A stretch of 63,250 bases of DNA, counting the filler, from Squatina squatina (lineage: Eukaryota): the NCBI GenBank assembly GCA_031763465.1. It is 3 parts of 3 records of this genome, joined end to end, with 100 filler letters (N's around TTAATTAATTAA, not from the genome) between each part and the next. Parts side by side here need not be neighbours in the genome. Positions count along the whole stretch, not along the records: positions 1 to 17,937 come from JARFOE010000058.1; positions 18,038 to 32,968 come from JARFOE010000016.1; 1 more part is not named here. One strand, given 5' to 3'. The position numbers and the translations under genes were made by a program. Below are positions 12,482-24,699 of the stretch, in pieces. Position 1 is the first letter of the stretch, and the number at the start of each line of letters is the position of its first letter. The notes beneath the pieces are model-generated. The model ran no database searches and had not been told where the DNA came from. It saw nothing but the letters and a program-made list of their open reading frames with translations.

Positions 12482-12696
12482 AAACTAATGTAAGAGTTAT
12501 AGATATTCATTATATTAATATCATTTAAATAAGCATAATTCCTAGTGGTAATAAGTTCATCATAGGCATTTATAAATAATATTTTCCCTTTTAGCTCAGT
12601 TCGTTTATTGCAATTCAACAAAATAATACATGCCGGCATAGGTGAATTATAAAACAATCCAGGGCCAAGACTAATTACACATTCAATAATATCTGT
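12482..12696 (-). other. hsdM: Fragment resembling a bacterial type I restriction-modification methyltransferase (HsdM), C-terminal part
   Basis: TDIIECVISLGPGLFYNSPMPACIILLNCNKRTELKGKILFINAYDELITTRNYAYLNDINIMNIYNSY follows the HsdM pattern DxIEcVIgLxxnLFYNxxxxACI...NK...GKILFINA. AT-rich, stop-free, ends at a gap. Confidence 0.75.
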
Positions 12697-13999
12697 CCCA
12701 TAGACACAAATTTGCAACATTCTCTTTGAGAATTGTATTAATTTCTTTTTTTTTTATTATACAGCAAACCAACCCCCATCCAAGTACTGTGTCCATGGCT
12801 ATCTCTTCCCTTTTCCAATCGCATTGGGACCTGTGTCTTCACATGACAGTACTGCTGGTATGTATAGAAACATAATTAGCTTCAATTAACAGTACATGGT
12901 TCTCCTGTACAATTATAAGTGATTTTTCCAGCATTTTCTATATTGTTTAGGGTGTTGAGTTTGAATGTTCTTTGGTAATTTGATTGGGCCATTAAGTCCA
13001 CGTCGCTTTCTACCACTCTGAATGGTCTGTGGTAATCACCTGGTCAATGCTACTGTTGTTCTTCCAGTGGTTTGATTGGCTAAAGGGAATCAAGTGAACA
13101 ATGGTTTCCAATACTCTTTCAATGTTCCAATTGGTCACTGGGCACCGCCATGTGACCCATTCCTCCAATCATTTGCCTACAGCACTCAGAAGGACTGGAG
13201 TGCCTCATCACCCCCCGGAATAAAATTTTAACTTGATTTGTTAAAGTTCCTTTAAACTGTTTTTTGCTAAGTTACAGTCTTTATTGGTTGTGCCCCTTGA
13301 GAGGGGTACATGCTTGACTCTAAATCGGCAATAAAGAAGATTCAGCATTCAGAAGGTCACCAGCTTCATACACGCTTCTCCTATTCATCATTTACCTGGC
13401 AGCCATTTAATTTTTATTTGTTAATTCATCTTCCATTCCTTTTCGCACTGTCTTTATAAAAGCACAATGCTTTTGGCCCCGTTTGGTCAAAGTTTGAGCT
13501 AGTGCTGGTGTCATTGTTTATGTTCTGCCAATTTTTAATATTATCTTCCCATGGTCTTATTAAATTCACCTTCTCAATTTTCCAAGCATGCAAATTTCAG
13601 GATTAAACTGATATCGAAGCAGACAGCTATGGTTCCCTATCTAGGGAGAGATTACANNNNNNNNNNGTGAGCAAGGAAGAAGAGAAAGCGAGAGATAGAT
13701 GCTGGCAGATATTGTGTGAGTGGGATACGGAGAGATGAGGCAGATGGAAGGGTAACAAAGAGTCACAGAGAGAAAAGATAAGAGAAAATGTGTGACAACC
13801 AGAGAAAAACACAAGGAAAAGGAAAGGAGAACAAAGGGACAGAGATGGTTAAATGTAAAGAAATAGAGACTGAGGCATAAATGACAGGAAAAGGGAAACA
13901 ATTTCTTACTCTTACTTTTGTCCATACAATGGAAGATGAGCGAGTACAAGTGAGTCATCAGCAGGACTAATTATTTTTCATATTCTTTCCATTACACAG

Positions 14000-14075
14000 T
14001 GTACCGTGGCTTCTGGACAGCATTCATAATACTCGGTGTGGCCACTGGTCTTGTGGGAGGATTCCTGTTAGTTTG
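14000..14075 (+). CDS. TMEM182: TMEM182-like internal exon; truncated by a gap
   Basis: Acceptor ttacacag. YRGFWTAFIILGVATGLVGGFLLV corresponds to TMEM182 YRGFWAVLMLLGV. Confidence 0.8.
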
Positions 14076-14712
14076 NNNNNNNNNNNNNNNNNNNNNNNNN
14101 NNNNNNNNNNNNNNNNNNNNNNNNNNNNNNNNNNNNNNNNNNNNNNNNNNNNNNNNNNNNNNNNNNNNNNNNNNNCCCTCTCCCTCTCCCTCGGATTCCT
14201 CCCTCCCCCTGTGCACAGGTGGTGTCCTGGTGTTCTTGTAACTTGTGGCACAACAGCTGCTGGTGCGAAACCACCAGCAAAGGGATTCAACTACAGGCGA
14301 CCCAACCTTTGTAAATGCAATAACATTAGAAATCACGTGATCAGATGTCATGTGATCAGTCATCACATGATCAGTTGTCATGTGGTTAGAACGTTACCTG
14401 AACAAATCTCCAAGGTCTGCCTCCAATCAGAGTTGGCAACCCTATTCAAACAAGCTTTCTATTTTTGGTTCATAGAGTATCTTAACCCAATTGTTTTTTT
14501 AGTAGTGAGGCTTACATTCTCCCACGCAAAATTCCACAAGTTTTCCACTGGAAGCAATTTTTCACCAGTGACAATGTGTATAAGGTCAACGATAACTCCT
14601 GGCAGTGTTGGTTTTAGCAACTGGTAAATGTATATTTTGCATTTTGAGAAACTATAAATAATGGTGTCAAAATATGAACAAGCATACCTCAACGGAATCT
14701 CTTTTTTTGCAG

Positions 14713-14939
14713 GGATGCTATTTTCCATCCTGATATTTCTGTTTGTGATGTGGAAGGAATTTGTTGTGGATTTGGAAAAATACATACTGTTAGAGAGAAG
14801 CAGCGGCTGCAAGGATGTCCTGGTCCATGTGCAGTATGGATGGTCCTTCATGTTTGGGGCCGCTGGGATCCCTTTGGTTCTACTGGCTGGACTGCTGTTC
14901 TACCTGATTGGCCACACCACCGAAGCCCATAATAAATAA
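14713..14939 (+). CDS. TMEM182: TMEM182-like last coding exon
   Basis: Acceptor tttttttgcag. GMLFSILIFLFVMW...YGWSFMFGAAGIPLVLLAGLLFYLIGHTTEAHNK* has the claudin-superfamily YGWSF motif. AATAAA downstream at 15479-15484. Confidence 0.85.
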
Positions 14940-16739
14940 GAGGTAGATGCTGAAGTCTGGAGCAACAAGCTCCTGTGCGGTGCTAGATTCAACACGTGCA
15001 GTGGGAAATCAAAAATAGTCGTCAATGCCCCAAAATATTTGGGGTTGACAGCAACCTCCATCTTGTTTGGAGATTCGCGGGACACAAAGCGAGCCCCAGC
15101 TCAATTTTCAGAGAATGTTTTGTTTTGGATTGTTGTATCACGTTTGAGAAAACAGGAATTAATTTTGGCAACACGGGTGTGCTGAAGAGGGCCTTTAAGC
15201 CTATAAATTACAACTGGCCATATTAGCGTACAAACGGTCAACATGTTCATCTGATATTCCTTGATCCATTGTTTTAATTCAGGCATTAACCCCCTGAAAT
15301 GACTGACAGAGGAATGTTCTTCAGCCTAATCGATTGTTCACCCATTAATATTATCAAAAGGAATTTCTAAGCTTTGATCCTTTGACGATATGTTTTTTTG
15401 TATTCGATTTTGTAAAAGCAAACTAAAAAAATGAAATTATGGTTTCAATACTGCTTTTATTTCACGACATTCTACTAAAATAAAACACTATTTGAGATAT
15501 CCCAGCTGCTACATCTGCATGCATCGGGTACATTAATAACATTTTTCTCATTGATATACATTCACAGCACCAAATACTATCTCATCTTTTGCTAGTGATT
15601 GGTTGATGTGGAATAAAAGCTTTGCAGTCAATGGCAGCTGACTTTGATGTGCTATAGACCAGGAGGTCTTTATACGCAAACTCTGCAGCTAAAGCTAAAA
15701 TGTGTCTCATGTATTTAGACATATGACGGTTAATGTAGTATATTCTGAGGATAACTTAATAATTGCATTTCAAAAGCAAATAATTATTTAACAATGACTC
15801 TTAGAGTCCAAAAAGCTAACTGGTATGTAGTTAATATGAAGTATGTTTCAACCTTACAAGACAATGTCTGCTCCTCAACCTTCACACTGTTTCCAGCGTG
15901 TTGTAGCAGTGTATTGTCATAGGGTATATTTACTGTGCCAGTGTTTACTGCTTGTTCATGTTCAAGCATTGCAGTATTGCTGAAAATCTTAGATTTTGTG
16001 ATCAATGCAAAGATTATTGCAATAAACATTGTTTGGAGAATGTTAGAAGATAAATTTGAGACATTTATACAACACTACAATTTATACAAAGAGCTATATT
16101 CCAGAAAAGGCACAGTTAGAGGGAACGAAAACTGCATCACAAAACTAAATACTCAGCCAGTGGAGAATAAATCCAATACTGAGACATCCAATTGTGTAAG
16201 ATTTAAGGCTAAACTGAAAAGTGCATCCTTGACCCCAAAAGAGACATGAATGAGCCTTTGAGTTATGGTAAATGATGCCAACACTCAAACACTCAACATG
16301 TTAAATTTCTCCGCCCTCTTATTTTAGCATGTTTGTTTTAAATGGGTGACCGGCTGTATCAAAATAATAGAGAGAGGAGTTTGATGAGTTCGCTAACATC
16401 ACTCACAGTCATTTCCAGTCTACAGAGGGCCTGCCACCAGCAATTGTTCAAAGATTGAGTGAAGATTGTCCAAAACACAGTGGAAGTTTGCAACTGGATG
16501 TTTTAACACAAGAGGCGATGACCATATGGCTAGCAATTTTTGGGACCACAGAATAACTGGCCATGGAAGGGTATTGCAGGTCATTTAAACACGCACATTC
16601 GTCAATGAAAGGACCAGAAGTGCAATCGGGAAAGCACAACAGGTCCTAAAGTTTCCGTGCATTGTGGAAGAGGAAACCTTCAGACCTGTCCATGAGGTTG
16701 CTGAAGTGGAAACTGTAGAATCTGTGGGCATACCTTCTT

Positions 16740-17445
16740 CGATGTCCCCTGTCCCTTCGCCCTCTCGGAGGACGCTGTAGTGGTCTGGCCTGTGCCACCA
16801 GTGGTGCAGGTGGCTCTGGCATATCAGGTGGTTGCTGGGCATGCTCAGGAGCTGCTACTGCCTCACCCCTAGACTCATTTTCTTGCGCCCTCCTGGCTCT
16901 CTGCTGGTTTCTTAGATGTCTTCTGTGCCTGAGGTATCTCATGCGATGTTGGTAGGTCCACCGCTCGTGCAGCCCCCATGGCCGGTTTCTCCGATTTTTT
17001 CACTGTCAAAAATTCTCAACAAACGGCAATTGAAAGTCTGCAGAGTCTCTGTGAGCCAGAAAAAAGAGAAAAACCGTGATATCAGCATCACCGAGGCGAG
17101 ATACAAGCTCAAGGTGGAGCGCACTCCCAGGCTTTGAAATAGCGCTGGCATTCATTAGATCAAGGGTGTCAACGCCAAAAAAAATTGACACCACTATTTT
17201 TAAGGTTCAGCAGCGTCATCGAATTGTTCAGCGGGCGGCCATTTTGGGCATTGTGCCTCCTGATGACGTCATTGATGGCAACTACTGCTGGACCCTGAGT
17301 TTCCAGCGCTAGAGGTGCCCATTTAGCACCAGTGTTAACTGGACCTGAATTTTCCATCGATAAAGTTAGCACCAAAAATTAGCGTTAGACCCTTAACGCC
17401 GACTTAACTCTACTTTACCGCCCCCAAAAAAAGGACGAATTGGCC
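16740..17445 (-). mobile_element. PIF/Harbinger DNA transposon 5' end with transposase N-terminus (remnant)
   Basis: Arg-rich minus ORF (MRYLRHRR...RGHRRRYAHRFY) resembles Harbinger transposase N-termini. The CpG-rich subterminal region ends in gaattggcc, a TIR-like end. Confidence 0.5.
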
Positions 17446-17937
17446 ACCTCTGAATTTTATGATGTGTAGCAGCTATACGTTCAGCACTCCCACTAAAACT
17501 AGATGTTAAAGACCAGTTATATACTGACCTGGAAGCAAGATATTTATTAAAGTTTAACTGTCCCAAACTGTTGTATCACAATTGACTCCAATATTATGGG
17601 GATTGTATTCTGTGCCTCCTCCTCCCACTCCCCACGTACAGAATTTGATAGCAGAGGATGACGATCAAAGAAGGGATGTAGTGTTTGATTTGAAAGCTAA
17701 GGCTATCAAAGTGGCTGGCCCATTGTAAACTATCCTGTGTAGGCCCTATTGGCAATGTTGGAGAACAATAGCCTTTGCAGGCTCAGGTTCAGCAGAGAAA
17801 CACTTAGAGAGTGATACCACTTACAGACAACCTCGACTACAAGGACGACACAATACAAGAGACAGCCCGTGATAGTCTAAATTGTACAAGTTGGATTGGA
17901 TGGAGTGAGCTTCATAGCCAAATGGCCGTTTCCTATT

Positions 17938-18037
17938 NNNNNNNNNNNNNNNNNNNNNNNNNNNNNNNNNNNNNNNNNNNNTTAATTAATTAANNNNNNN
18001 NNNNNNNNNNNNNNNNNNNNNNNNNNNNNNNNNNNNN
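17938..18037. other. Artificial scaffold linker N44-TTAATTAATTAA-N44
   Basis: TTAATTAATTAA at 17982-17993 gives stops in all six frames and is centred in a 100-nt gap. Confidence 0.95.
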
Positions 18038-18400
18038 TACTGTAAGTTTTTCAGAAATTAATTTTTGGGTGATTCTTTTTGCTGATCACGGCAGGGGGGT
18101 GTCAGTTGTGAGAAATGGAACATGTCTTTTTTTTTTAAGCCCTCTAATTAGCTTCAAGAACTCCCAGATCCGAGTAAAGCTCTCTCTACTCTGCCCTAGC
18201 AATATGACTTAATTTAAACTTCAATATAGCACCGGTTACTTTTTTTACTTCTGAATGAGGTTGCCAATTCTGTAGTAATTTGTACCAAATTACAGACAGT
18301 TTTGTACTTTGAAAACTGGGAAACCTCCTTTCTCAGTTACTTGGAATAGTTTTGGTTTAAGAAAGTAGAATCAATCAGAATTTCTTCTCTCTACCTATCA

Positions 18401-18574
<174 letters not shown>

Positions 18575-19093
18575 TTATTACGTTAATACAACAAATAATT
18601 CACAGTCCTTCAAACAGGAATCACAGATTCATATTCAAAATTAAAATAAATCACACACTATTATTGGCAAACTACTGCCATTCAAATCACACACAAACTG
18701 ACAAATTTACAGCAGATGATCAGAATGGGAATTATGGCCAAGTTTCAGGTATGCACCGTTCTTCAGAACTGCACTGATGAAGTATACATACCTGGAACAG
18801 CATAATCTGCTCTCTTTACAGATCCTGACTGAACTGCTGTGAATTTCCAGCATTTTCTGTTTTTACTTCTGGGTTATCGGAGACTCATTAGCCTGAATGT
18901 ATGGGAAATCTACATATGAAACTGATGTACAGTAAATACCAGCTGATCCACAATTTTGTAGCAACTAAGCATAATGATCCTCAGTGCCCCCTANNNNNNN
19001 NNNNNNNNNNNNNNNNNNNNNNNNNNNNNNNNNNNNNNNNNNNNNNNNNNNNNNNNNNNNNNNNNNNNNNNNNNNNNNNNNNNNNNNNNNNNN

Positions 19094-19985
19094 TCTATTC
19101 ACACTCTCTCTCTCTCTCCTGACTGACTTCTACAACGTCATGACGTCGATTTCCTTGTGTTGACATAAGCACGCCACACACACACACACAGACACACACT
19201 CACAGACACACACTATCTGAAAGGTGCATTCACCAATAATAACCTTGTCTGTAACACCTCCCACATGAAAATAATTTGTTTCCCAAAAAAATCAACCGCG
19301 CATACAGTTAGTAATGTTAGTAATTCTCACTCCACATAAATACAGAATATCAGATCAGTACAGATACATGCTTCCCATTTAACATCAGGAAAGGCAATCA
19401 GCAATTACGTTATTTTTGCCTCTAATGTGAGTTATCATGAGGTCAAATTCTTGCAAAGTGAAGCTCCAATTTAACAACATTCTGTTCTTGTTTTTCACTC
19501 GGCTTAGAAACACCAACGGGTTATGATCTGTAAACACAGTCAATGGTTTATTAGCCGTGCAATCATATGCACTGAAATGCTGCAAGGCGAATACAAGTGA
19601 CAGCAATTCTTTCTCTATGGTGGAGTAATTCTTTTGATGCTCTAAATTTGTTTGAAAAGTAAGCTGCAGGAAAGTCCATATCATCAAGGTCGCCCTTCTG
19701 CAACAACGCAGCTCCTGCAGCTTCATCACTCGCATCTACTGCTAATGAAAATGGCTTTTCAAAGTCAGGTGATTTGAGTACAGGATGGGAGCATAAAACG
19801 GTTTTCAGCTTCTCAAATGCTTCTTGACGAGAATCTGTCCAAACAAACTTCACTCCCTTCCTCAAAAGATTAGTTAGGGGAAGGGCAATATCAGCAAAAT
19901 TTTTACAAAATTTGCGATAGTATCCAACCATTCCCAAAAATCTTCTAACAGTCTTCGTGCCTGTGGGAACAGGGAACTTAGATGT
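19094..19985 (-). mobile_element. Ty3/Gypsy LTR retrotransposon 3' part: RT connection and RNase H, PPT-like tract, start of 3' LTR
   Basis: RRFLGMVGYYRKFCKNF, FSLAVDASD, YSTIEKELL, VFTDHNPL, HIRGKNNVIADCLS, with one frameshift. Minus-strand gtgggagg is followed by TGTTACA starting at 19256. Confidence 0.9.
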
Positions 19986-20592
19986 TGCTAGTCCGTAACA
20001 ATACAAAGAGTGAAGGGTGCGTAGAATGCGCTGCCAGGGGTTGTAGTGGGGTAAATCCGATAGAGGCGTTAAATAAGCACAGAGGTTGTCTGACGCAATT
20101 CATTTTCAAGAGTCTACTGAAGCAGAAGTACCACATGTTTCAAGCAGTACTGATCAGCAATTGTACTTGATTTACTACGGTGCAACAGTTACTAGGGCAA
20201 AGCACTTTTTGCCTTATTTGTTGCACCAATAGATACTAACTGGAGCACGGCTCTTAGTAGGGAAACCTATAAAGCACAGCGACTTTCTGAAAGATTTAAT
20301 GAATCTTTCAGAATTAATAGTCACATAACCACCCTCATCACTCAGATAAAATCAAACTTTCCTGTCACTGGTTTGTCTATTAGAATTATTCCAAAGAATA
20401 GCTTGCACCAATTTGGAACTTAACTATTATTAAAGTCAATGGGAATATATCTGTACCTGGAACAAACTTACTTAGGCAAAATTGAGCAAGTCTTACTCTT
20501 ACACTGAACAGCTCGTGTACATAAAAATTGAATCTGTATAAATCAGAAGGTACAATTCCCCTTATAAATAGCATCTGCACAATCCAACTTAC

Positions 20593-20686
20593 TTTGAATT
20601 AGCCATGACTTGTAGTTTGACTCCTTCACCACGGAGGTCATAGAAAATTAGTTTTGCACCGGAGGCTCGTTTAGCATGGACACGGC
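20593..20686 (-). CDS. KARS1: Lysyl-tRNA synthetase internal exon (94 nt), anticodon-binding OB fold
   Basis: ttttctag / gtaagt boundaries; (G)[30 protein letters not shown]. Phase fits the upstream 166-nt exon. Confidence 0.95.
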
Positions 20687-21029
20687 CTAGAAAAGATAGA
20701 GATACAAAATGCTTCAATAAAAACTTCACTCACAAAAGCACACTGATCAACATGAACTCACAAAACCCACAATATGTAAATTAGTAAAAATGTGTGCTGT
20801 ATTGAATGAAGAAAACAGAACTTAATTTTTGCAACAGAACTTCCAGTCTAGAAAATGACTAGGATTTGTCAACTCAATTTTGTTTACATTTAAAATTGGA
20901 TTTTCCTTTTGTGCATAAGTTATTGAATTTCCATTAGTAGTCAATGATAACCAAACTGATTTATGAGCAATTATGTCTGAAGTAATCCATTCGCCACATT
21001 TATTATTATTCCCAAACCTCTGCCAAACA

Positions 21030-22160
21030 AATAGGAACAGGAGTAGGCCACTGAGCTCCTCAAGCCTGTTCCCTTCATGGCTGACCTGTACCTCAACTCC
21101 ATTTTTGATCCATACCCCTTGATAACCGTACCCAGGAAAAATCTATTTATCCAAAAACTTGAAAATTCCAATTGACCCAGCATCCACAGCCCTTTGGGCG
21201 AGCGAGTTCCAAATTTCCACTACCTTTTCAGTACTAAACTCTTTGTTCTGGATTCTCCTCAGTAGAGGAGGTACCTACCCTACTGAATCCCTTAATCATT
21301 TTAAATACCTTGATTAGATCACCCCTCAACCTCCTAAACTCAAGCAAATACAGGCCATGTTTAGACAACCTATCCTCGGAGTTTAACACACTGGTGAATC
21401 TGCTTTGTACCCCTTCCAAGGCCAATATTATTTTTCTGACGATCGAACGTAGTGCTCCAGACAGGGTCTGGCCAAGACTCTGTACAACTGAAGCATCACT
21501 TCCTCACTACAACCCCTTTGAGATAAAAGGTCAATATTCCAATAGCCTTTTTGATTACTTTTTGTACCTGTGCACTAGCTTTTAGTCATTTGTGTACATG
21601 GACACCTAAATCCCTATGCTGCTCCATAGCTCCTAATCGATCATCAGTTGGAAAATATTCCAATTTGTCTTTCTTAGATTCAAAGTGGATGATCTCACAC
21701 TTCCCTCACTGAACTCCATCTGCCATAGTTTTGCCCACTCACTTAGTCCCTTGGAAGCTTCCTGTTCCCATCCACACAACTTACTGTGCTTCCTAACATA
21801 CTGTCATCTGCAAACCCAAATATACAACTCTTTGTTCCTTCATCCAAGTCATTGATTTAAAAACTTGGTTTGTGATTCTCCCTTCTCCCTTTCAAACCTA
21901 ATATTAAATTCAAACATATTATGATCACTCTCTGCAAGATTCTCCTTTTACTTCAGATTGTTAACTAATTCTGGCCTGTTACTCATCACTAAATCCAGTA
22001 ATTGCCTATTCCTTTGGTCAGTTCTAAATCATACTGTTCCAGAAAATTATCCTGAATACATTCTAGAGATTCATTGGCTTTACTATTTGAGCTGTTCTGC
22101 TTCTCCCATTCTATGTGAAAATTAAAATCTCACATTATAACAATTTTGTTTTTGCGATAT
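21030..22160 (-). mobile_element. CR1 LINE fragments (3' end and RT tail; endonuclease piece at ~21880-22160) in a KARS1 intron
   Basis: ALEGVQSRFT...LEFRRLRGDLIKVFKMIKG; CR1-type 3' end (ataggaacaggagtaggcca); decayed ECIQDNFLEQY and SDHNM motifs. Confidence 0.8.
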
Positions 22161-22554
22161 GCTTCCCTTGTTTACCTTCACTTCCTTGCTTTTGTACTCT
22201 ATGCCTCTATTTATACAGCCAAAGATATCCATGATGCTTTTTTTTTTTTACAGCTTTATCAACTTGCCCTGCCACCTGCAAAGATTTGTGTATGTGAACT
22301 CCCAGGTCTCCCTGTTCCTGCACCCACTTTTGAATTGTTTAGTTTATACTGCCTCTCCTCATTTTTCATTCCAAGAAGATCAAAGTTCTTTTAAACTTCC
22401 AATCCATTTATTACTACTGTAGTTCAGTGATTGAGGTTAGGTTTATTTAAGTTTGTAACTGTCTCCAACTATTTTCTGGTATTAACTTTGATAAAAGTTT
22501 ATTTTAAGAAAAGTAAAATCTAAAAGTAAAAGAGCTAATTTGAAAACATCTCAC

Positions 22555-22720
22555 CTGCCACAGACAAAGTAACATTAGAGAGATGGTCACCAGGCTGCAG
22601 ATTATTATATTTGTCAATGTATTCTGTTAAGGATATATCTACATGGAATTTATGAGGATATGGATCCTCTTTAGTCCCCTTCAGTTGCTGGATAGCCTGT
22701 GTACGAATCTTGTAGTATTG
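22555..22720 (-). CDS. KARS1: Lysyl-tRNA synthetase internal exon (166 nt)
   Basis: ttttcag / gtgaga boundaries; [38 protein letters not shown]...LSVAG. Confidence 0.96.
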
Positions 22721-23702
22721 CTGAAAAGGAAGAGTATAAAACATGTTGCAACATACTCCATGAAAAACATACTTAAGATGTTTTAAATAGTATAGAATAT
22801 ATAGGCTGTTAACATAGAAAAATGACCCAAGGTGCTTCTCAGAAGCATAATCAGACAAAAACAGATGTCGAGCCAAAGGAGGAAATATGAGGAGGGCTTA
22901 CAAAAGCTTGATCAAAAGTTCGGTCTGAAGAAAGGCCTAAGGATGGAGAGGCAGAGAGGTTTAGGGAAGGAATTCTAAAGCATAGGGTGTAGACAGATAA
23001 TGACATGAAGACTTTTATATGTCCCATGTTGCCTGTATATTCTTTGGGGAAGCAGTTAATATCCTGAATTGTACATCCTCATCAAATTGTGCTTCAATAC
23101 CCATTCCTCTGTTCTCTCTTGCTCCATCACATCTTCCATAATGTCATACAAAAATGGCCTTCCTATTACAAGTACTTCAAATTATTCATTTGTTGACAAT
23201 TAGCTCTCCTGCACAATTACCAAGCAACTTATTCCCCCATCTTACCCCAAATCAGTCTACACATATTGGGCTGGATTTTAACCCGGAAGCGATATGTGCC
23301 GAGGGGGAGATGGGGAGCTGTTGTGAGGTTTGGAAACTCGAAAAAANNNNNNNNNNNNNNNNNNNNNNNNNNNNNNNNNNNNNNNNNNNNNNNNNNNNNN
23401 NNNNNNNNNNNNNNNNNNNNNNNNNNNNNNNNNNNNNNNNNNNNNNNNNNNNNNNNNNNNNNNNNNNNNNNNNNNNNNNNNNNNNNNNNNNNNNNNNNNN
23501 NNNNNNNNNNNNNNNNNNNNNNNNNNNNNNNNNNNNNNNNNNNNNNNNNNNNNNNNNNNNNNNNNNNNNNNNNNNNNNNNNNNNNNNNNNNNNNNNNNNN
23601 NNNNNNNNNNNNNNNNNNNNNNNNNNNNNNNNNNNNNNNNNNNNNNNNNNNNNNNNNNNNNNNNNNNNNNNNNNNNNNNNNNNNNNNNNNNNNNNNNNNN
23701 NN

Positions 23703-23787
23703 GTGAACGTGCTCAGCAGCAGCTTCTTTCTGTTTAATTTCCTTCTCAGCAGCTTTCTTCTCTGCCTTCAAACGCCTCTTCAGCTCA
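23703..23787 (-). CDS. KARS1: Lysyl-tRNA synthetase N-terminal exon; truncated by a gap
   Basis: Acceptor ttttctgtag; ELKRRLKAEKKAAEKEIKQKE is the eukaryotic LysRS N-terminal helix. Confidence 0.93.
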
Positions 23788-23914
23788 CTACAGAAAATAG
23801 AACATGGAAATACAAAATCAATTCCAAAATTAAATCAGCTCAACAGATTTAGCTACAAGGGATTTACTGCTCTTACGCTGCATTAAGTTATTTTAAAACT
23901 AAGCCAATTAGGGT

Positions 23915-24570
23915 TGACACCATGGCTGCAATTTTGCCAAACGAGCGACTGCCGAAGAAGAAGAATTTTGCCAATAGTGACAAGTCCAGTGCGGCCAACA
24001 TTGGTGACGTGTGGGGAACATGCTCCCGGCTCCATCCCTTCTTCTCAACACAATTTTCACTTGATTGGGCTGGTTAAGCCCGTCCTGGGAAGTTCCCAGC
24101 CAATTAACAAGACACGGATCTGATGGCGTCATCTGATGACATGTCATCAGCTGGTTTCCTTAAAGGGACCAATGCCAACTTTTTTGACAGTTGTTCAGTC
24201 AGTGTTTTGCAGCATTGAGTTGTTGCAAACAATGACCAGCACTGCACAAAGGTGCACGTCTGCTCTCAGACTCTCTCATGACTCCCTTCAGATGCTTATG
24301 GAGGGACTCACAGCATACAGGGAGGTCCTCTTCCCTTCCAATGGGCAGAAGAGACCTCCACAGGACACCAATGTAGCCTGGTTGCACATTGCATATGAGG
24401 GCACAAGCAGGGATGTGGTCAGGAGGACCTGGCTGCAGTGGCGCAAATCTTTCAATGATCTCAGTAGATCACAAAACATTACTGCAAAGCCACACTGAAC
24501 CTCATCCTACTGTGCCACTCATCACGACCCCATCACGCTGTCTTCCCTACCCTACTCCTGCACATCCTTA
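23915..24570 (+). mobile_element. PIF/Harbinger remnant carrying the Myb/SANT-like accessory gene (about 24250-24470)
   Basis: LRLSHDSLQMLMEGL...REVLFPSNGQKRP...AWLHIAYE...RRTWLQWRKSFNDL is a decayed Myb/SANT (MSANTD-type) domain. Confidence 0.75.
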
Positions 24571-24699
24571 NNNNNNNNNNNNNNNNNNNNNNNNNNNNNN
24601 NNNNNNNNNNNNNNNNNNNNNNNNNNNNNNNNNNNNNNNNNNNNNNNNNNNNNNNNNNNNNNNNNNNNNNGCACACAGGGAAATGCACTCTGCAGTCTA

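Noticed and set aside
14330-14446. E-box cluster (cacgtg / catgtg / cacatg) as a muscle enhancer in the TMEM182-like intron
   Set aside because: It is a 15-bp internal repeat beside a hAT-like end (gttggcaacccta), so more likely transposon-derived.
17982-17993. TTAATTAATTAA as a piggyBac site or biological motif
   Set aside because: Centred in N runs and repeated identically at 33013-33024, so it is an assembly linker.
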